64,000 nucleotides of DNA, taken from NCBI GenBank assembly GCA_028534125.1, contig CM052816.1:94118001-94182000 (forward strand). The letters are read 5' to 3'. Below, piece after piece: positions 38,294 to 51,510 of the stretch. The notes under the pieces were generated by a model, which ran no database searches, had not been told where the DNA came from, and saw only the letters and a list, made by a program, of their open reading frames with translations. Within the stretch, counting starts at the first letter, position 1. Each line of letters begins with the position of its first letter. The position numbers and the translations under genes are program-made. Source of the stretch: Lama glama. Taxonomy: Eukaryota.

Positions 38294-39095
38294 TGAGGAC
38301 ATGGGAGACTGATCGGAAGTGAGGTGTCGCACAGGAAGTGTCTGATAGCCTGAGTTTCATAGATGAGACGAGAGAAACACTGCTTATATTCTCAGATGAA
38401 GTGACTGATCAAACTTCTATTACTTAGGTAAAATAATTCCAGAAGCATCCCATAAATCATAAATTCTTTAAACTGTCTTCCTTAAACAATTCTTCCTTAA
38501 ACAATTGCTCAAGTTGACTTTACTATAGATTCTCCTTTCTGGAAGCGAATAAAAATGAAACAGAAGTAAGTAGACACGAAGCTCTGTTGTTGTTGTTGTT
38601 GTTTGAACATTGTAGTTTGTAAAATGCTCCTTGAAAGGACCAATGGATTTGTTTTAAGAGGAAGAAGGCAATAGATTTTATTTCAAAATCCACACTGAAG
38701 TTAAATCAAACTACTGGAGAGTCCAGTCACTGAATAATTTAAATTATTTGGTGTTATGGTTTATCTAACAAATAATTATTGTGAGACCAAGATACAACAT
38801 TAGCAAACCAAATCAAATTTTAAATTATCAACAGGTTGGTTGGAAATGAATTTTAAGGCTTTCTAGGTAAGTACCATACAGTCTAAATTTCAATGATGCT
38901 CAATTAATTACTTTGATAGGTTGGGTGGAGGTGTTTGTTTGTGCAAAGGTCAAAACAGAAGGAACTGATTGAGGATTTAGCTTGAAATATTGGTTGATAG
39001 AAAATTTAGTCAGTTCTAGGCTTTGAAGTCAGTTAAAGAATAAGATCATTCTTAAACATAATATAAAGAATTTCAAAGACTGAAAAGTGAAAATG

Positions 39096-39233
39096 CATGT
39101 TCATGTATAACTGAAAAATTGTGCTGTACACTGGAATCTGACACAGCATTGTAAACTGACTATAATTCAATGAAAAATGTTAACAAATAAAAATACATAA
39201 AAAATAAATAAATAAAATAATTTTAAAAAAAAA
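39096..39233 (+). mobile_element. Camelid L1 extreme 3' end with A-rich tail
   Basis: atgttcatgtataactgaaaaattgtgctgtacactggaatctgacacagcattgtaaactgactataa plus an (AAAT)n tail. Confidence 0.9.
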
Positions 39234-40719
39234 GACTCAATCAATCTCAGGTGAAACATTTCCCCTGTGAAACTTAGTAGGAATTTCAGGGTACACAGTA
39301 TATTATTCTAAGTATACTTTTTGTAGGTGTGCAATTTTCCACATAAGCCTTCTAAAACTGTACAAGTTGTACGGGTATACTTAATCTGAAAAAATGAAGT
39401 CATTTTTTTGCCACCAAAAGAGGCCTGTAAATAACAGTGTAATTATTTAATATTCTCTTACATTTGCATAGTGTGACAATAATTTTTACTGGCAATAGAA
39501 ACCTCTCACATTCCAGAGTTTGAGAAATAATTATAATAACTGCAATCAAATGTTAGCGTTATACCTTGACATTTACAAAGCACTCCTTAGTGTATTGCTG
39601 CATTCAGGTTTTATGGGAGAAATTGACTGGGAATTACAAGTGAACCAATTCTAAAGCAATAAATCATCTTACTTTTTTCCTGAAACAAAGGATGTACATG
39701 GGATTACCATCAGTTGCCCCAGCGCTCACTGCATTAGTGACTTTATAGCAACTAAACTGTTAACGGTAATTTCCAAAACTAAAGGAAACTACCCTTTGCC
39801 TTGCAAGGCATATTTGATATACTAGTCTCAAATCCTGTCTCAATTCTACCCCAGCAGTGGCTATATTACAACCTGAGGACTGTCTTAGCAGTCCCTAGTG
39901 GACTACACACATGATCTGGAGGATTGTTGATTGCATATAAAATATTCATTTTTTAGCGGTTTCCGTTATGATTGGTTTCCCTAGTAATTATTTCATATCT
40001 TTCTCTATATCCGTTTTGTAATAGCAGCATCACTTACTTTATATTCAAGAAGACATTCCATTTTCCCAAGGCTTTCTACCTTTCCTCCTACTTACATTGC
40101 AACCATATTCACACTTAAACAATTCATCAAAACTCGGACACCTTGTCAATCTAAGTCAGGAAAGGCAGCCATGTTTCACTCAACCAATTTTAATGAGAAA
40201 GAGAGAGAGAAGGAAGGATAGAGAGAAAGAGGGGATTTTTTTAAGATTTGTTGGATACCTACTTTTTTAAACACACCTTCCTTCAGACACTCTAGCACTA
40301 CAGGTTATATAAGAAATAGATTAGTCCAATAACTACAATGAACATATTTTTAAAAATGGAGTTGCAATTTGTACACTAAATGTCTTCAGTGCTAATATCA
40401 ATGAAAGGAATTAATTTTGTGCTCCTGAACGTGAAATATGACTTTGCAAAATGTATATTTATGGCATAATTGTTTCTCTAAAATTGAAAAGTTATCTAGC
40501 TCATTAAATCTAATGAATTGGTATAATGGTTATTCACATGTATGTTGTAATTATAATGGAGAGGACAAAAAGAGATTAGAAGAAAGAAAGGTAGTATTTC
40601 ATTTTCTTCCACATCTACTTTTCCTCCCTTTCCCTAGGTTATTTTACTATTTTGTATTATTTCCTTTTTCATAGTGTTCACTGTAATGCTAGATTTACAT
40701 AATTAAAGTTTCTTGTGAT

Positions 40720-40838
40720 TCTCTCTCTCTCTCTGTATGCATGTGTCTGTCCGTGTTTGTGTGTTCCTGGGTGAGAGGTGGTAAGAAGAGAGAGACAGAA
40801 AGACAGACAGACACAGAGAGACAGAGAGAAAGAGAGAG
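40720..40838. repeat. Compound (TC)n/(TG)n/(GA)n/(GACA)n microsatellites
   Basis: Direct observation. Confidence 0.85.
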
Positions 40839-41799
40839 GTTTGACCTAAATATTGAATGCTCGTTCTAAAATAATGAAGCCAGTGCAGTGAAGGAATGCT
40901 CTCCTGTCTCATGATTTGAGAGCAGATTTGAAAGTGACAGGGTTGCCAGGAAGTTTCATGGTACACAAATTGACTATTTTTATTTATCGCCTGAAAATTC
41001 CAAGTTATATAACTTTATTCAACTTTATGACCATACTATAGATTATACGGACATCATATGCAGTGGTATGGGTCCCATTAGAGTCTCAAAAAAGACATAA
41101 TTTGGTGAGGGCAGCACGTGCACAAAATAATTGTGTTCCCGAGAACAACTTGACATTGGCCGTGAGAATGGAGCATAATACAATCCCCGCAGTGTGAGCG
41201 AGGAGGAAGCAGCAATGCTGATCCGCCTAAGAGATCACTTGGCATGGAACTGGGCTGGGTACTGATGAGAATATTAATTTGATGTTAAGCTTGTTCAGTT
41301 TATTCGCATTTTGCTGAATGACCGAGTAGAAATATCAGACCGACAAGCGCATGCATGTGCATGGGAATCAGATAAGATTCCCCTGGAACTCCACCTACTG
41401 ACAGTCTTAGAAGTAACAAAAGTGGATGATCTCTTAGGGGGACAGCTTTCCATGGAATTTCTTTTCCGTGGATCTAGTGATGAGGTGCATAATTCATTTT
41501 AGCCTACCAACATATTTCTTTGATTCTAAGACTAACCTTTTTCTCATTCTGACATCTTCAAAATTATGCCATAAGATTTGCACACATACGTCTACATGCA
41601 TTTACGGGCATATGCACACCGTGTATCTTACTTTCCATGTCACTATAAAATCAAAGAAATATAGTTATTTATTTTATATTTCAGGTTGATGTAAGTTGAA
41701 ATCCTCATTAAAAGGATCACACCTCCCCCTATGTTGGGGGATAAGGTTTTAACTTGACAAAGGCCTTCCCGCTATGCATATTTTTGCCTGTAGATTTCA

Positions 41800-42190
41800 A
41801 ACACTGCAAGTAAATGGGTGGGAATGTTGCTCGGAAGTGAACAGGTTGAGACTCGTATCCTTTTTCTTCAGAGCCTGTCTCAAAGCTATTATGACAGCTC
41901 CCTGATTGAGATAGCTCCAAGCGAGATCAGTAGGCTGAAGAGTCGTTAGAAATGGTTTTGACGGAGTGACGAGGCTGGAGGAAAAAAGAAATATTTGTTG
42001 TTGCACTCAAGTTCCTAGCTTTGGGAACTGGGTGAATGACGCTGTTAAATGATACAGAGAATGTGACAGGAGCCAGATGAGAAATTGGGAGGGGAGTATA
42101 ATTCAGCCTGAAAATATTGAATTCAAACGGAAGATGAAAGTTGATACTTCTCGTAAACTGCTGTAGATTTAGATCTAGAATGTTACATGG
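41800..42190 (-). mobile_element. L2 relic
   Basis: caagttcctagctttgggaactgggtgaatgacgctgtt...gaaaatattgaattcaa, typical antisense L2. Confidence 0.5.
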
Positions 42191-42289
42191 AATTGTTCAT
42201 ACTCTGTACTTTTGGAAAAAGTGTACAGTGGAAGTTCACCTATGCTTTCTGGGCAAATTTTAGAAATATGTCCTTTAGTTAGCGCTCTG

Positions 42290-43200
42290 AGGAGATTTAT
42301 GTCAGTGCAATCCTGTTAATGTCTCGATCTGTGCTGTTTGGTATTTTCAAATGTCTTACTCTCTACATTCTAGATACACGCCTCCAAGCTGGTAAGATTG
42401 TCCTTTAATTAGGGCATCTGGTCCATTTGTATTTAACTAACTTCTTATTTGGAAATAAATTCACCTCCCTTTCTCGTAGTCCTGCATTCCTTATTTGGTT
42501 CTCTGTTCTTTCTTTGACTTCTCTTGGTTTGATTGTTTTTCGTTATTCTATTTTACTCTCCTGTTAGCTTGGTGGATTTATAAAGTGTATAAGGTTACAA
42601 GACTCATTTACTATGCTTTTAAGTGACTACTCAGAAATTATAACAGACATCCTTGCCTTGTCAGTTTAGTACTTTGACTACTTCCCACTGCAGGCCATTG
42701 CCTGATCACTATCGTCAACCAGTTTAATTTCATTTGTCCTCTTGACTCACAACGGACTTTTGTCATGCAATTTAATTCTCTTTACTTTAACTCCACAAGT
42801 CATTATCAACATCGTTTCTAACAGAAAATATTCACTTGTTATTGATACCTTTGCCATTTCCCATGCTCTTCTTTCAAATTTGCATGTTCAACCTCCCATC
42901 CAGTATTATTACCTTTCTCCATTAAAAACGTATTTATTTAATAAAGCTCTGCTAGTAACAAATTCTCTTCAATTTTATCTTCCTGAAAATGTCTTTCTTT
43001 TATCTTTTCTTTTTGAATGATATTTTGATGCCTTTGGAATTTGAAGTTGACAGATGCCTGGTTTTCACCCTTTGTAGATGGCATTCTGCATTCTTTAGCT
43101 TCCTGGACTTCTGTACGGACATCAGTTGTCGCCTTCCTGTTGTTTCTTTGAAGATGCCGTGTCTTTCTCTCTCCAGCTTCTTTTCAGATTTCTTAAAGCA
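42290..43200 (-). mobile_element. Ancient L1/HAL1 5'-ORF1 region relic
   Basis: ctgctagtaacaaattctcttcaattttatcttcctgaaaatgtctttcttttatc...gaatgatattttg. Confidence 0.6.
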
Positions 43201-45319
43201 AACATGTTGACTAATCTGGCATATATGCTTTCTAGTTAATCATTACTTTGGGGCAGAGTAAAACAAAGCCTTTTAGTTATAATTCATAACAAGAATCTAT
43301 CCTGTTTTCAATAAATTAGTGAGATCAACCTACATCACCATAAACTGCAGATTTAAAAGATGCTCTTGACCCACCAGGCTGACTTCTAGCAGCCCTTTGG
43401 TTCACTGTTCTTCCTTGGCCACTAGATCGTGTTTGTTTTCTACTCTTCTTTATCTTATTTATGAAAGAAATTTAAGCAGAACATTGTATTATCTATGTCA
43501 ACACTTTTATCCCTACTCAAGTCTTCTTCCAAATGAAAGGTACTGAACATTTCTTCAAATAAAACGAAATAAATTAAAATGTATGCTTTTTTAGCTTGTT
43601 TATTACACATTCTAGTCATTTTTGATAATTTAATTATTTTAATTAAATATGAGTCATCCACCTGTGCCTTCCAGCTAATTATAACCAAAGTCCCCAGTAA
43701 CAGAATAATTAACCTAGGAAAATATCCAAGTTATTGAAGGGTGTTTGACAAGGAAGGAATGGAGTTTGAGCATGTTGATGATCTGACTTTCCTCTGGCTC
43801 CTCAGTGTGCCTGTGCTGTGTAGCGAGCATGCACATGCGTGTGGTTGTGTGTTAGTTTCATCTAAACATTTTAAAGTTTTATCTGAGAATTTCACTGTCA
43901 GCTGTAGCTTGCCTGGTATAAAGGACATGTAACAACCAAACTGTCAATGCATAGGATAGTCACTTCAGCATGTATTTGACTTAAATGGAGAGAGATATTA
44001 AATATAATTTATTGACATTTATATAACATGTATGTTGTCCAAATATAAAGAAAATGATTAGATGTACAGAGCACAGGACTGCAGAGTTGGCTCAAATGTA
44101 AATTTTAAAGATCCATTACTCATTCCACCTAAATTTAAAGCTAGACTTTCTTCTATAATGAATAACAGGTCCAATAAGCAAATATTGAACTAATGTATAG
44201 TAACAGTATTATCATATACTTAATACCTACATCTAAATATTTTTTGCTTCTAAATTCTTAGCAACTAATGTCTGGGGGTCTCAGACTCTTGAGGTCTGCC
44301 ACTATCAGCTTTATGATAGATTCCAGAATTTTCCCAAGCGTGATTATTTTCTAACCATTGATCTCATTACAGTAACCAGAATGATCATATCTGGCACATC
44401 AACCTCCAGCTGAGTGGTCCATGCTAACTTTTTTATACCTTTCCTTTTTTAAATGACAATCTCTCTTACTGCTTCTGCCACATTGGGGTTGTATTCAAAA
44501 TTGATGTAACCAAAATGGTTTTTCTGATCTATTCTAGTTTACCATATACACTGCAGGTTTTTTCCTAGATAATCAACTTATCATTTGGGTTAAAATAAAG
44601 TTTTACCAAAATTTTGGGGGTGCAATGCTTGGCAGAGTAAGGATTCACGCCCAAGAGACTGGGAGAACTCTTTCTAGATCTAGAGACCTTATGCCATAAA
44701 TATTCCTTGAAAATGACCTTAACCTTCATTCCCAAAATTGTTTCCCTGACAAGAGACATTCTTAATCCAAAATAAATGTAAACTTTTAGAGTACAACTTA
44801 TTCATTATTTTAAAATAACCTAATTTGTTTTTCTATCTATGCTCAGTTTTAGATCTGTATGCCTGGCTCAACTAATTAATTAAATTGTATTAATCACAAT
44901 AACTTTTGGGGGCTTTGGCATCAATTTAGAAGCATAAACTACCTGGTGGACTTGAGTTTAATCACCAGGAATTGGCAGCAATATTACAGAGAGGCAAAGG
45001 AGATCACTGGCATGCACATTTTTCAAAGACCAGAGGTGTATTATTGGTTAACACTGAAATCAGAGGAATGTTTGTACTTCAATTATATATTAAAAAAAAT
45101 TGATCAGGAGATGAGGAATCAGAGTCAAAAACATAAGTATGTGTGTAGTCACCATTAAGCAGTTACTGAATATCTTATCTAAATGTTAAGGGCTTTTTGC
45201 GTAATGATTACAAATTCAGAAAAGTTACAAGTAATCTCTAGGAGCTGAAGAACAGTTCCTTTAAAAGACTAAGACATCACAGAACTCATGGAAACATCTC
45301 ACCAGGATTTTGCTAAATT

Positions 45320-45456
45320 AAGGAAATAGGATCATCCTCAACCTCTACCCAGTAGATGCCAAGAATGTCCCTTCTCCAGTTGTGATAAACAACATGTCTC
45401 TAGTCATTTGCAAATGTCTCCTGGAGGGTAATGTCACACAGGGTTGAGAAGAATTG
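45320..45456. mobile_element. MER20 (hAT-Charlie) partial
   Basis: ctctacccagtagatgcca...cagttgtgataaacaacatgtctc...caaatgtctcctggaggg...ggttgagaagaattg matches the MER20 end. Confidence 0.78.
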
Positions 45457-47618
45457 CTTTTAGATAGAAGTCAAGAAAAGTTTCCTAAATTCCTACCATG
45501 TGCTTGAGTTTCATTTAGCTTATCCGCTATTAAGATATCTGACTTATTGTGTGCTTAACTAGTGCCTACCTTTGCATTTTAAAAGAGGGAATTTATCTAC
45601 TATAATGAATGTCTAACTGTAAAATTTACCCAGTCCCTGCCTAGACCCGATCTTGCTCCAACAATTACCACCTACCAGGAACACCAATCAGTCTTTCTCC
45701 AGTGGGCATCAGTCCTCTGCTTACCACCATACCCAGGTTTGACTCTTTGTGCATATTTCAAAAGACCTCTCCCTTAATGCTGTGTCTTATATCTCTCAAC
45801 ACTCCTGTTCTATGTGCCGCCTTCTGGTATTTCTGCAGCTTTCAGAGGGTTCTCTTCCTGCTGTGTACCCCAAGCCCTGAGTTTATACCTTCACAGACAA
45901 CACTAACTGAAACTGAAAAAAATACTCTGCTATCTTAGCTGGACTGTCATTTATTTGAGGATAGAGATCATTCAGTATTCAATAATATGTCCCTCAATGC
46001 ATATCATATGTTTAAGGACATTGTTTCTTTAATAAACAAATTAAAGGGAAGTATTTTAGAGAGTATAATAAAAAAAAACCTTCTGATGCCTCCCATTACT
46101 CCCTAAATTATAGTAATAAACTCACTTCCTGCTCTAATTCATCATCAATCATCCTTCGATGGGCGAGCTAATACTCACCCTTGGGGCCACTTCTGCAATT
46201 TCCAGGCTGATGCAACCTTGAACTAGGCTCCCTGGCCTGCTCTGCAGATTGTGCCACGACTTTTAGCCCCACTGACCAGCTGGGCTTAGTCTGAGACCTT
46301 CTACACTTTGTGTAGTAGCCAAGGAAACCATATCTTGTAATTATCATCATTATCATCACTTTGTGGAAACTGTGCAATTTGAATGTGGCCACGTACCATT
46401 TATGTTCTTCTAAATATCCCACTTTAGTGAGATAAAGCCCCAGTTATAAGCATTACATAGTCATAATGACTTATATTTTAACTTTGCATTAATTATTAAA
46501 TTGTTTTCATTATTCTAAGAATTACATGCAATAGTTTATCAAAACATCTTTATATTCAGGTTATGGATGCCTGTGAGCTCGAGCTCTGATCTGCAAGGAG
46601 ATTCAAAACAACACCAAGCTCATTTTTACCGTTGCCTTATTTGTTTTGCAATAAGTCAAAAGATGTCACAGTCTTCCAGAAATTCAATCAGATTAGAAAG
46701 AACAAAATGCATAATGTGTAATATCCATGAAGACTTAAAACCTAGGTTTTAAAACAGTTTTAAAAATCCGAATGACAGAAATTTTGAATAAATATGACAT
46801 CACCATCTAGTTTTAGAAGTTCCCAGTTAGTAATTCAAAGGACTATGCTGAATTTTATGATGCTCAACACGCAACAATCTTGCAGGTGTTAAGGTGTTTC
46901 TCCTGATATATTTTGTTAGATAATTGGAATTGTTAGCTCTACCAATAATCGCTATTTCAGTTGTGATAAACTATGCTTCAACGGGAGGCCCACTGTGACT
47001 GCCTGTTTCTGTGTTGGTTTGTATTTGCTTCATCTGTCTAATAGCTGCTGAAGTCTGGGACTTCCGAACGACTCCCGTGAACATGTACGAGTCTGGACGA
47101 GTATCTGCTAAAGATAACAGTGTGACTCTAGGAAGTAATGGCCCTTTCACGCAGAAATGTTCCTCTTAGCAGAAAAAAAATTTGGATTGGTTGGTAATTT
47201 AAGAACTTATAATTTCCCACACTTGAATAATTTAATGATTTGAAAGTTCACGTCTTTGCCTCCTTTTGGGACAGACTACTCCCCCAACCCCTATGCCACC
47301 GCGTGTTCAGGGCTTCCAAAGAACAGGGAAGCCTCACCAAGCCCCGCTTCCATACCAGCAAAATGACAGCACGTGAGCAAAGGGAGAGTCACGAGGGGAC
47401 GTCAGTGCCCTTCTCCAAGTGAATCTATACAAACCCTTCCCTGCTTTCAAGGAAAGGTCTACCCTCAATGCAACAATCCCTTAAGATTCTTATGAAGTTT
47501 ATATTGTCCATGAACTTCATCAGTTTTTGATTTTTCAGGGTGAGATGAATGCCGGTACAGCACAAGCTCTTAGATTTCTTGGACATGTTCAAGAAAGGGA
47601 CTGTCTAAAATGCGTGTA

Positions 47619-47808
47619 AAACAACACTGCTTCTGTCTAGCACAGGGAACTATATTCAGTATCTTGTAATAATCTGCAAGTAATGAAAAAGAATATGAAA
47701 ATGAATACATGTATGTATGTGTATGACTGAAACATTATGCTGTACACCTGAAGCTGACACAACAGTATACACTGACTATAGTTCAATAAAAAATAAATAA
47801 AATAAAAT
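47619..47808 (+). mobile_element. Cetartiodactyl/camelid L1 3'-terminal fragment with TSD
   Basis: tagcacagggaactatattcagtatcttg...gactatagttcaataaa plus (AAAAT)n. TSD aaaatgcgtgta (47607-47618) and aaaacacgtgta (47809-47820). Confidence 0.9.
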
Positions 47809-47926
47809 AAAACACGTGTATACTTTGCATATAGAAGCCTATTAATGGGCTGCTAATATGAGCCTCTTATCCAGAAAATAGGGTTTTTGATTAGTGAATT
47901 ACCAAAAAGACCACTGAAATAATACC

Positions 47927-48436
47927 TGTGAATGAAAAATGTTGCCTGCCATTTCAGTAAACAAAGGATGCTAGGGCCATGAAGGCATCAGCCACTACAT
48001 CTGCCCCCGGGAGGACGGGAGGGAATTCAGCATGGAGACAAGCAGGAAGCCTGGCCTCCGCAGCCACCCCCAACGGTGTCCCCTGAGGGGACTCGGCACC
48101 GGAAAGAACAGGACACTGGCCCCAGACACCCAGGTGCACGTGAAAGGAATGATTCCAATGAGCATAGACTTTTGCTCCTTCCCATGCAGAGAAGAGCACT
48201 AAATTCCTTAACTTGAGATGTCTGGTATTATTTAATTAACAGGAATCTTTTGATATTCTGACAACCTGGTCTTTGTTGCAAAACTCCTCTACATCCTGGC
48301 TCCTCCCCTACGTCTTCAGAGCAGCCCCTCAGAATCATCTGAGAGGCTGTCTCCCAGGCTCAAGTAAGTCCCCAGAAAGTCCACCAAATAAAATATAAAC
48401 CTCAGCTTTTAGGTTGTGTCTTTTTTTCATGTGACA
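47927..48436 (+). mobile_element. MER41-like ERV1 solo LTR
   Basis: TG...CA termini and 4-bp TSD TACC/TATC. The 3' end caaataaaatataaacctcagcttttaggttgtgtctttttttcatgtgaca matches cetartiodactyl MER41-like LTR ends as I recall them. Confidence 0.8.
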
Positions 48437-48739
48437 TATCCATATAGACGCATATATAAACTTAGACCTTCATGTATCTCTGTGTGTAGGGGTGGGTGGA
48501 TGGGCATCTTGAAGTCACCTTTATTAGACTTAACTGCAGCAGGGAGAACATCACAGAGACAGATAGCAGTAGTGTCCAAGAAGGACAGTGTGGGTGGAGA
48601 GCTATTTGCACATTTAAGGAGTTGGGTTTCAAGAGGTTTAAGGCAGCATTATCTATTTGAAATCCATTCTTCCTTTTCTTTTTTCTTTTTTTTTTTTTTT
48701 GCTACTAATATCCTCCTTTTATTTTAGAGGGCAGCAAAT

Positions 48740-51285
48740 TATCCAGCTAAAACCATACTCCAGAAAACCCCAAAATGTACCTTCCCAGTCAATACCCACT
48801 TCCTGCTCCCAAAGGTGACAAATGTCCTGACTTCTGACTGTATAAATTAGTATTCTATGGTTTTGAAATTTATATAACGAAATCACACAATTCATTCTTT
48901 TGTATCCAGCTTCATTCATATTGTGGCATTATTACTGCTGTACGATGTCCCACTGCATGAATGTAAAACACAGCATCTATTTATTATACTGTTTGTTTAA
49001 TGTTTTTCTTCAGTTTAGGAAAATTCTCAGCCTTAATTTTATCAAAGAATTCTGCTTCCTCATTCTCTCTCCCTCTTCTCCTGAGATTTCAAGTTTATAA
49101 ACATCAGACCTTTGACTAGTTCCCCCTCCCACGTCTCTGAAGCTCTGCTATGTTCTGTTTATTATCTATCACGTTTTTCTTTCTGTCTCTTCGCCTGTCT
49201 AGTAAATTTTTATTTTATGCTGAACATTGTTATGAAATAAAAATGAAACTCTAGATACATTTCTCCAGAGGGTTCCTCTCTCCTCTCAGGTAGAAAACAT
49301 AAAGAGAGGATCACCTCAACTCAACCAAGTACTGGGGCCAAAGAGAACTGAACTTCTCTTAGGATTCAGCCCACATCTGTATCAGCTCACCCTTGATCTT
49401 CATGCACGGCTCTCTCGGGCTTTTGATGAATTTCTCAAGAATCTCTGTTCCTTAAGTTCTGACATTTAGAAGCTTCGCACTTCAGTCTTTAGCCCCCTGC
49501 CTGATGAAGGTTCAAACTCTGGTAAGTGGCTTAAGAAGGGATGGGCTGTGGGTCTACGGCCGCCCTTCCTACAGCACATCTTTGATTTGTAAGCAATGCA
49601 AGAATGAGTAAGGAACAGAATTTCTTATTAAATTTCAGTTACAAATGAATAGACACTATGACCAATGGCCATAGAGATTACAAACTGAACTCCTGATGTG
49701 TTGATGTCTAATATTTATATTCCTCTTCTTTACTACTTCCTGAACAAAGGGGGAATTTAACTCATCCACTGCCATCTCACATCATAACATTGAGGCATAT
49801 TTTAATTCCATAAATATTTTAACCAAACTGGATATCCTGGGTTTTGCTTTCTGCAGTTATATTCAGTTAGAATCCCATATATTTACCTATTGCTGTCCTT
49901 CATTCTTCTTTATTTTCTACACTGTATTTCCCTTATGTGTCAAGATTATCTTTTTCTATTTTGCTATTGTAGTGATCAATTATATCAGAGTTTGCTTTTT
50001 TGAAGAATCTTCATTACGCCTTCATATTTAAAATACATTTTTTGCTAGATATAGAAGGTTGGCACTTGTATTTCTTCAGTGTTTTTTTCCCAAGTGTAGA
50101 ACATGATTTTTTTTATTGAAATATAGTTAATTTACAGTATTACATTAGTTTCAGGTGTACAGCAGAGTGATTCAATATTTTTATAGATTATACTCCATTA
50201 AAAATTGTTATAAAATATTGGCTATATTTCCCATGTTGTACAAAATATTTCATAGCTTATTTACCTTCTAGGTAATAGTTTGTACCACTTAGCCCCTTAC
50301 CCCTATCGTGCCACTCCCCTCTTCCCTCTCTCCACTGGTAATGACTAGTTCGTTCTCTCTATCTGTGAGTCTGTTTCTGTTCTGTTATATTCATTTATTT
50401 ATCTTTTAGATTCCACATATAATGGCAGTATCTATCTTTCTCTCTCTGACTTAAGTCACTAAGCTTAATACCTTCCAGGTCCATCCATGTTACTGCAAAT
50501 GGCAAAATTTCACTCTTTGATGGCTGATTAACATCCCATTGTATGTGTGTGTGTGTATGTGTGTGTGTGTGTGTACAGCTAAAACATCTTTATCCAGTCA
50601 TCTGCTGTTGGACACTTTTAGGTTGCCTCCATATCTTGGCTATTGTAAATAATGCCACTAAGAACATTAGGGTGTATGTGTCTTTTCAAATTTGTGTTTC
50701 TAAGATACCATTCCACTGTCTTTGGATTTCTTTGTTTCAGTTAAGATGTCAGTGTTCAATTTTATTATTGCTCATTTAAGGAGCCTATTTTTCTCTTTAT
50801 CTTCTGGCTGCTTTATGGCAGTTTCTGACAGTTACATTTTGATGTGCCCCAGAGTGGCTTTAAAGCATCATTTACATTTGGGCTCTAACTGGCTTGATTT
50901 TGTGACTTTTGTCTCTTGTTTTCAAAAAATGTTACTAATTATTTCATCAAGTAGTCCCTCTCTCTTCTATTTTTTGTCACTTCAACTACATATATGTTAG
51001 CACTTTCCCTGTATTCCATGTGTCTCTTACAGTCTTTTCCAAGTTTTGCAATTATTTTTCCTCTCTGTACTTCCATCTCAAACTTCTTTTGAAACTAACT
51101 TTCAGGCACTAATTCTGTCTTAATAGGTCTGAACTATTGTGAAACTCACCCAATGAATTCTTAATTTCAGAAACTGTAGATATTAGTTATGTATTTTAAA
51201 TTTTATGTTTTGTGTGACTTTCAGTTTTCGGCTGATTTTTTTCAATTTCTTGAACAAATTAATTATACTGTTTAAAAGTCTATGT
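48740..51285 (-). mobile_element. Cluster of ancient antisense L1 (L1ME/HAL1-like) fragments
   Basis: T-rich antisense L1 motifs: ttcattcttttgtatccagcttc, ttttgctagatatagaaggttggc, ttccactgtctttggatttc, aaactcacccaatgaattcttaatttcag. Confidence 0.6.
50108..50700 (-). mobile_element. Cetartiodactyl L1 (L1_Art-like) 3' end nested in older L1; contains (TG)n at about 50543-50573
   Basis: ttttattgaaatatagttaatttaca...tagtttcaggtgtacagcagagtgattca, tctgtgagtctgtttctgtt, ttagattccacatataa, ccaggtccatccatgttactgcaaatggcaaaatttc. Confidence 0.9.
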
Positions 51286-51294
51286 CTGGGAAAA

Positions 51295-51510
51295 GATGAA
51301 TGAATAGGCAGAGCACAGAAGATTTTTTCAGCAGCGAAAATACTCTGTATAAATACTACAGTGGTAGGTACATGTCATTTATACATTTGTCCCAACCCAT
51401 AGAACACACAACACCAAGAGTGAATTCGAACATAAGCAATGGAGGTGAGTAGGATGTGCTATTACAGGGTCATCAGTTGCAACAAATGTACCACTTTGAT
51501 GGGGGACGTA
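51295..51510 (+). mobile_element. L1MC1/2-like 3' UTR fragment
   Basis: gaataggcagagcacagaagattttt, tacatgtcatttatacatttgtcccaacccatagaa, aacaaatgtaccact. Confidence 0.82.

Noticed and set aside
38476..38505. 15-bp perfect tandem duplication tcttccttaaacaat x2
   Set aside because: Ordinary slippage micro-duplication.
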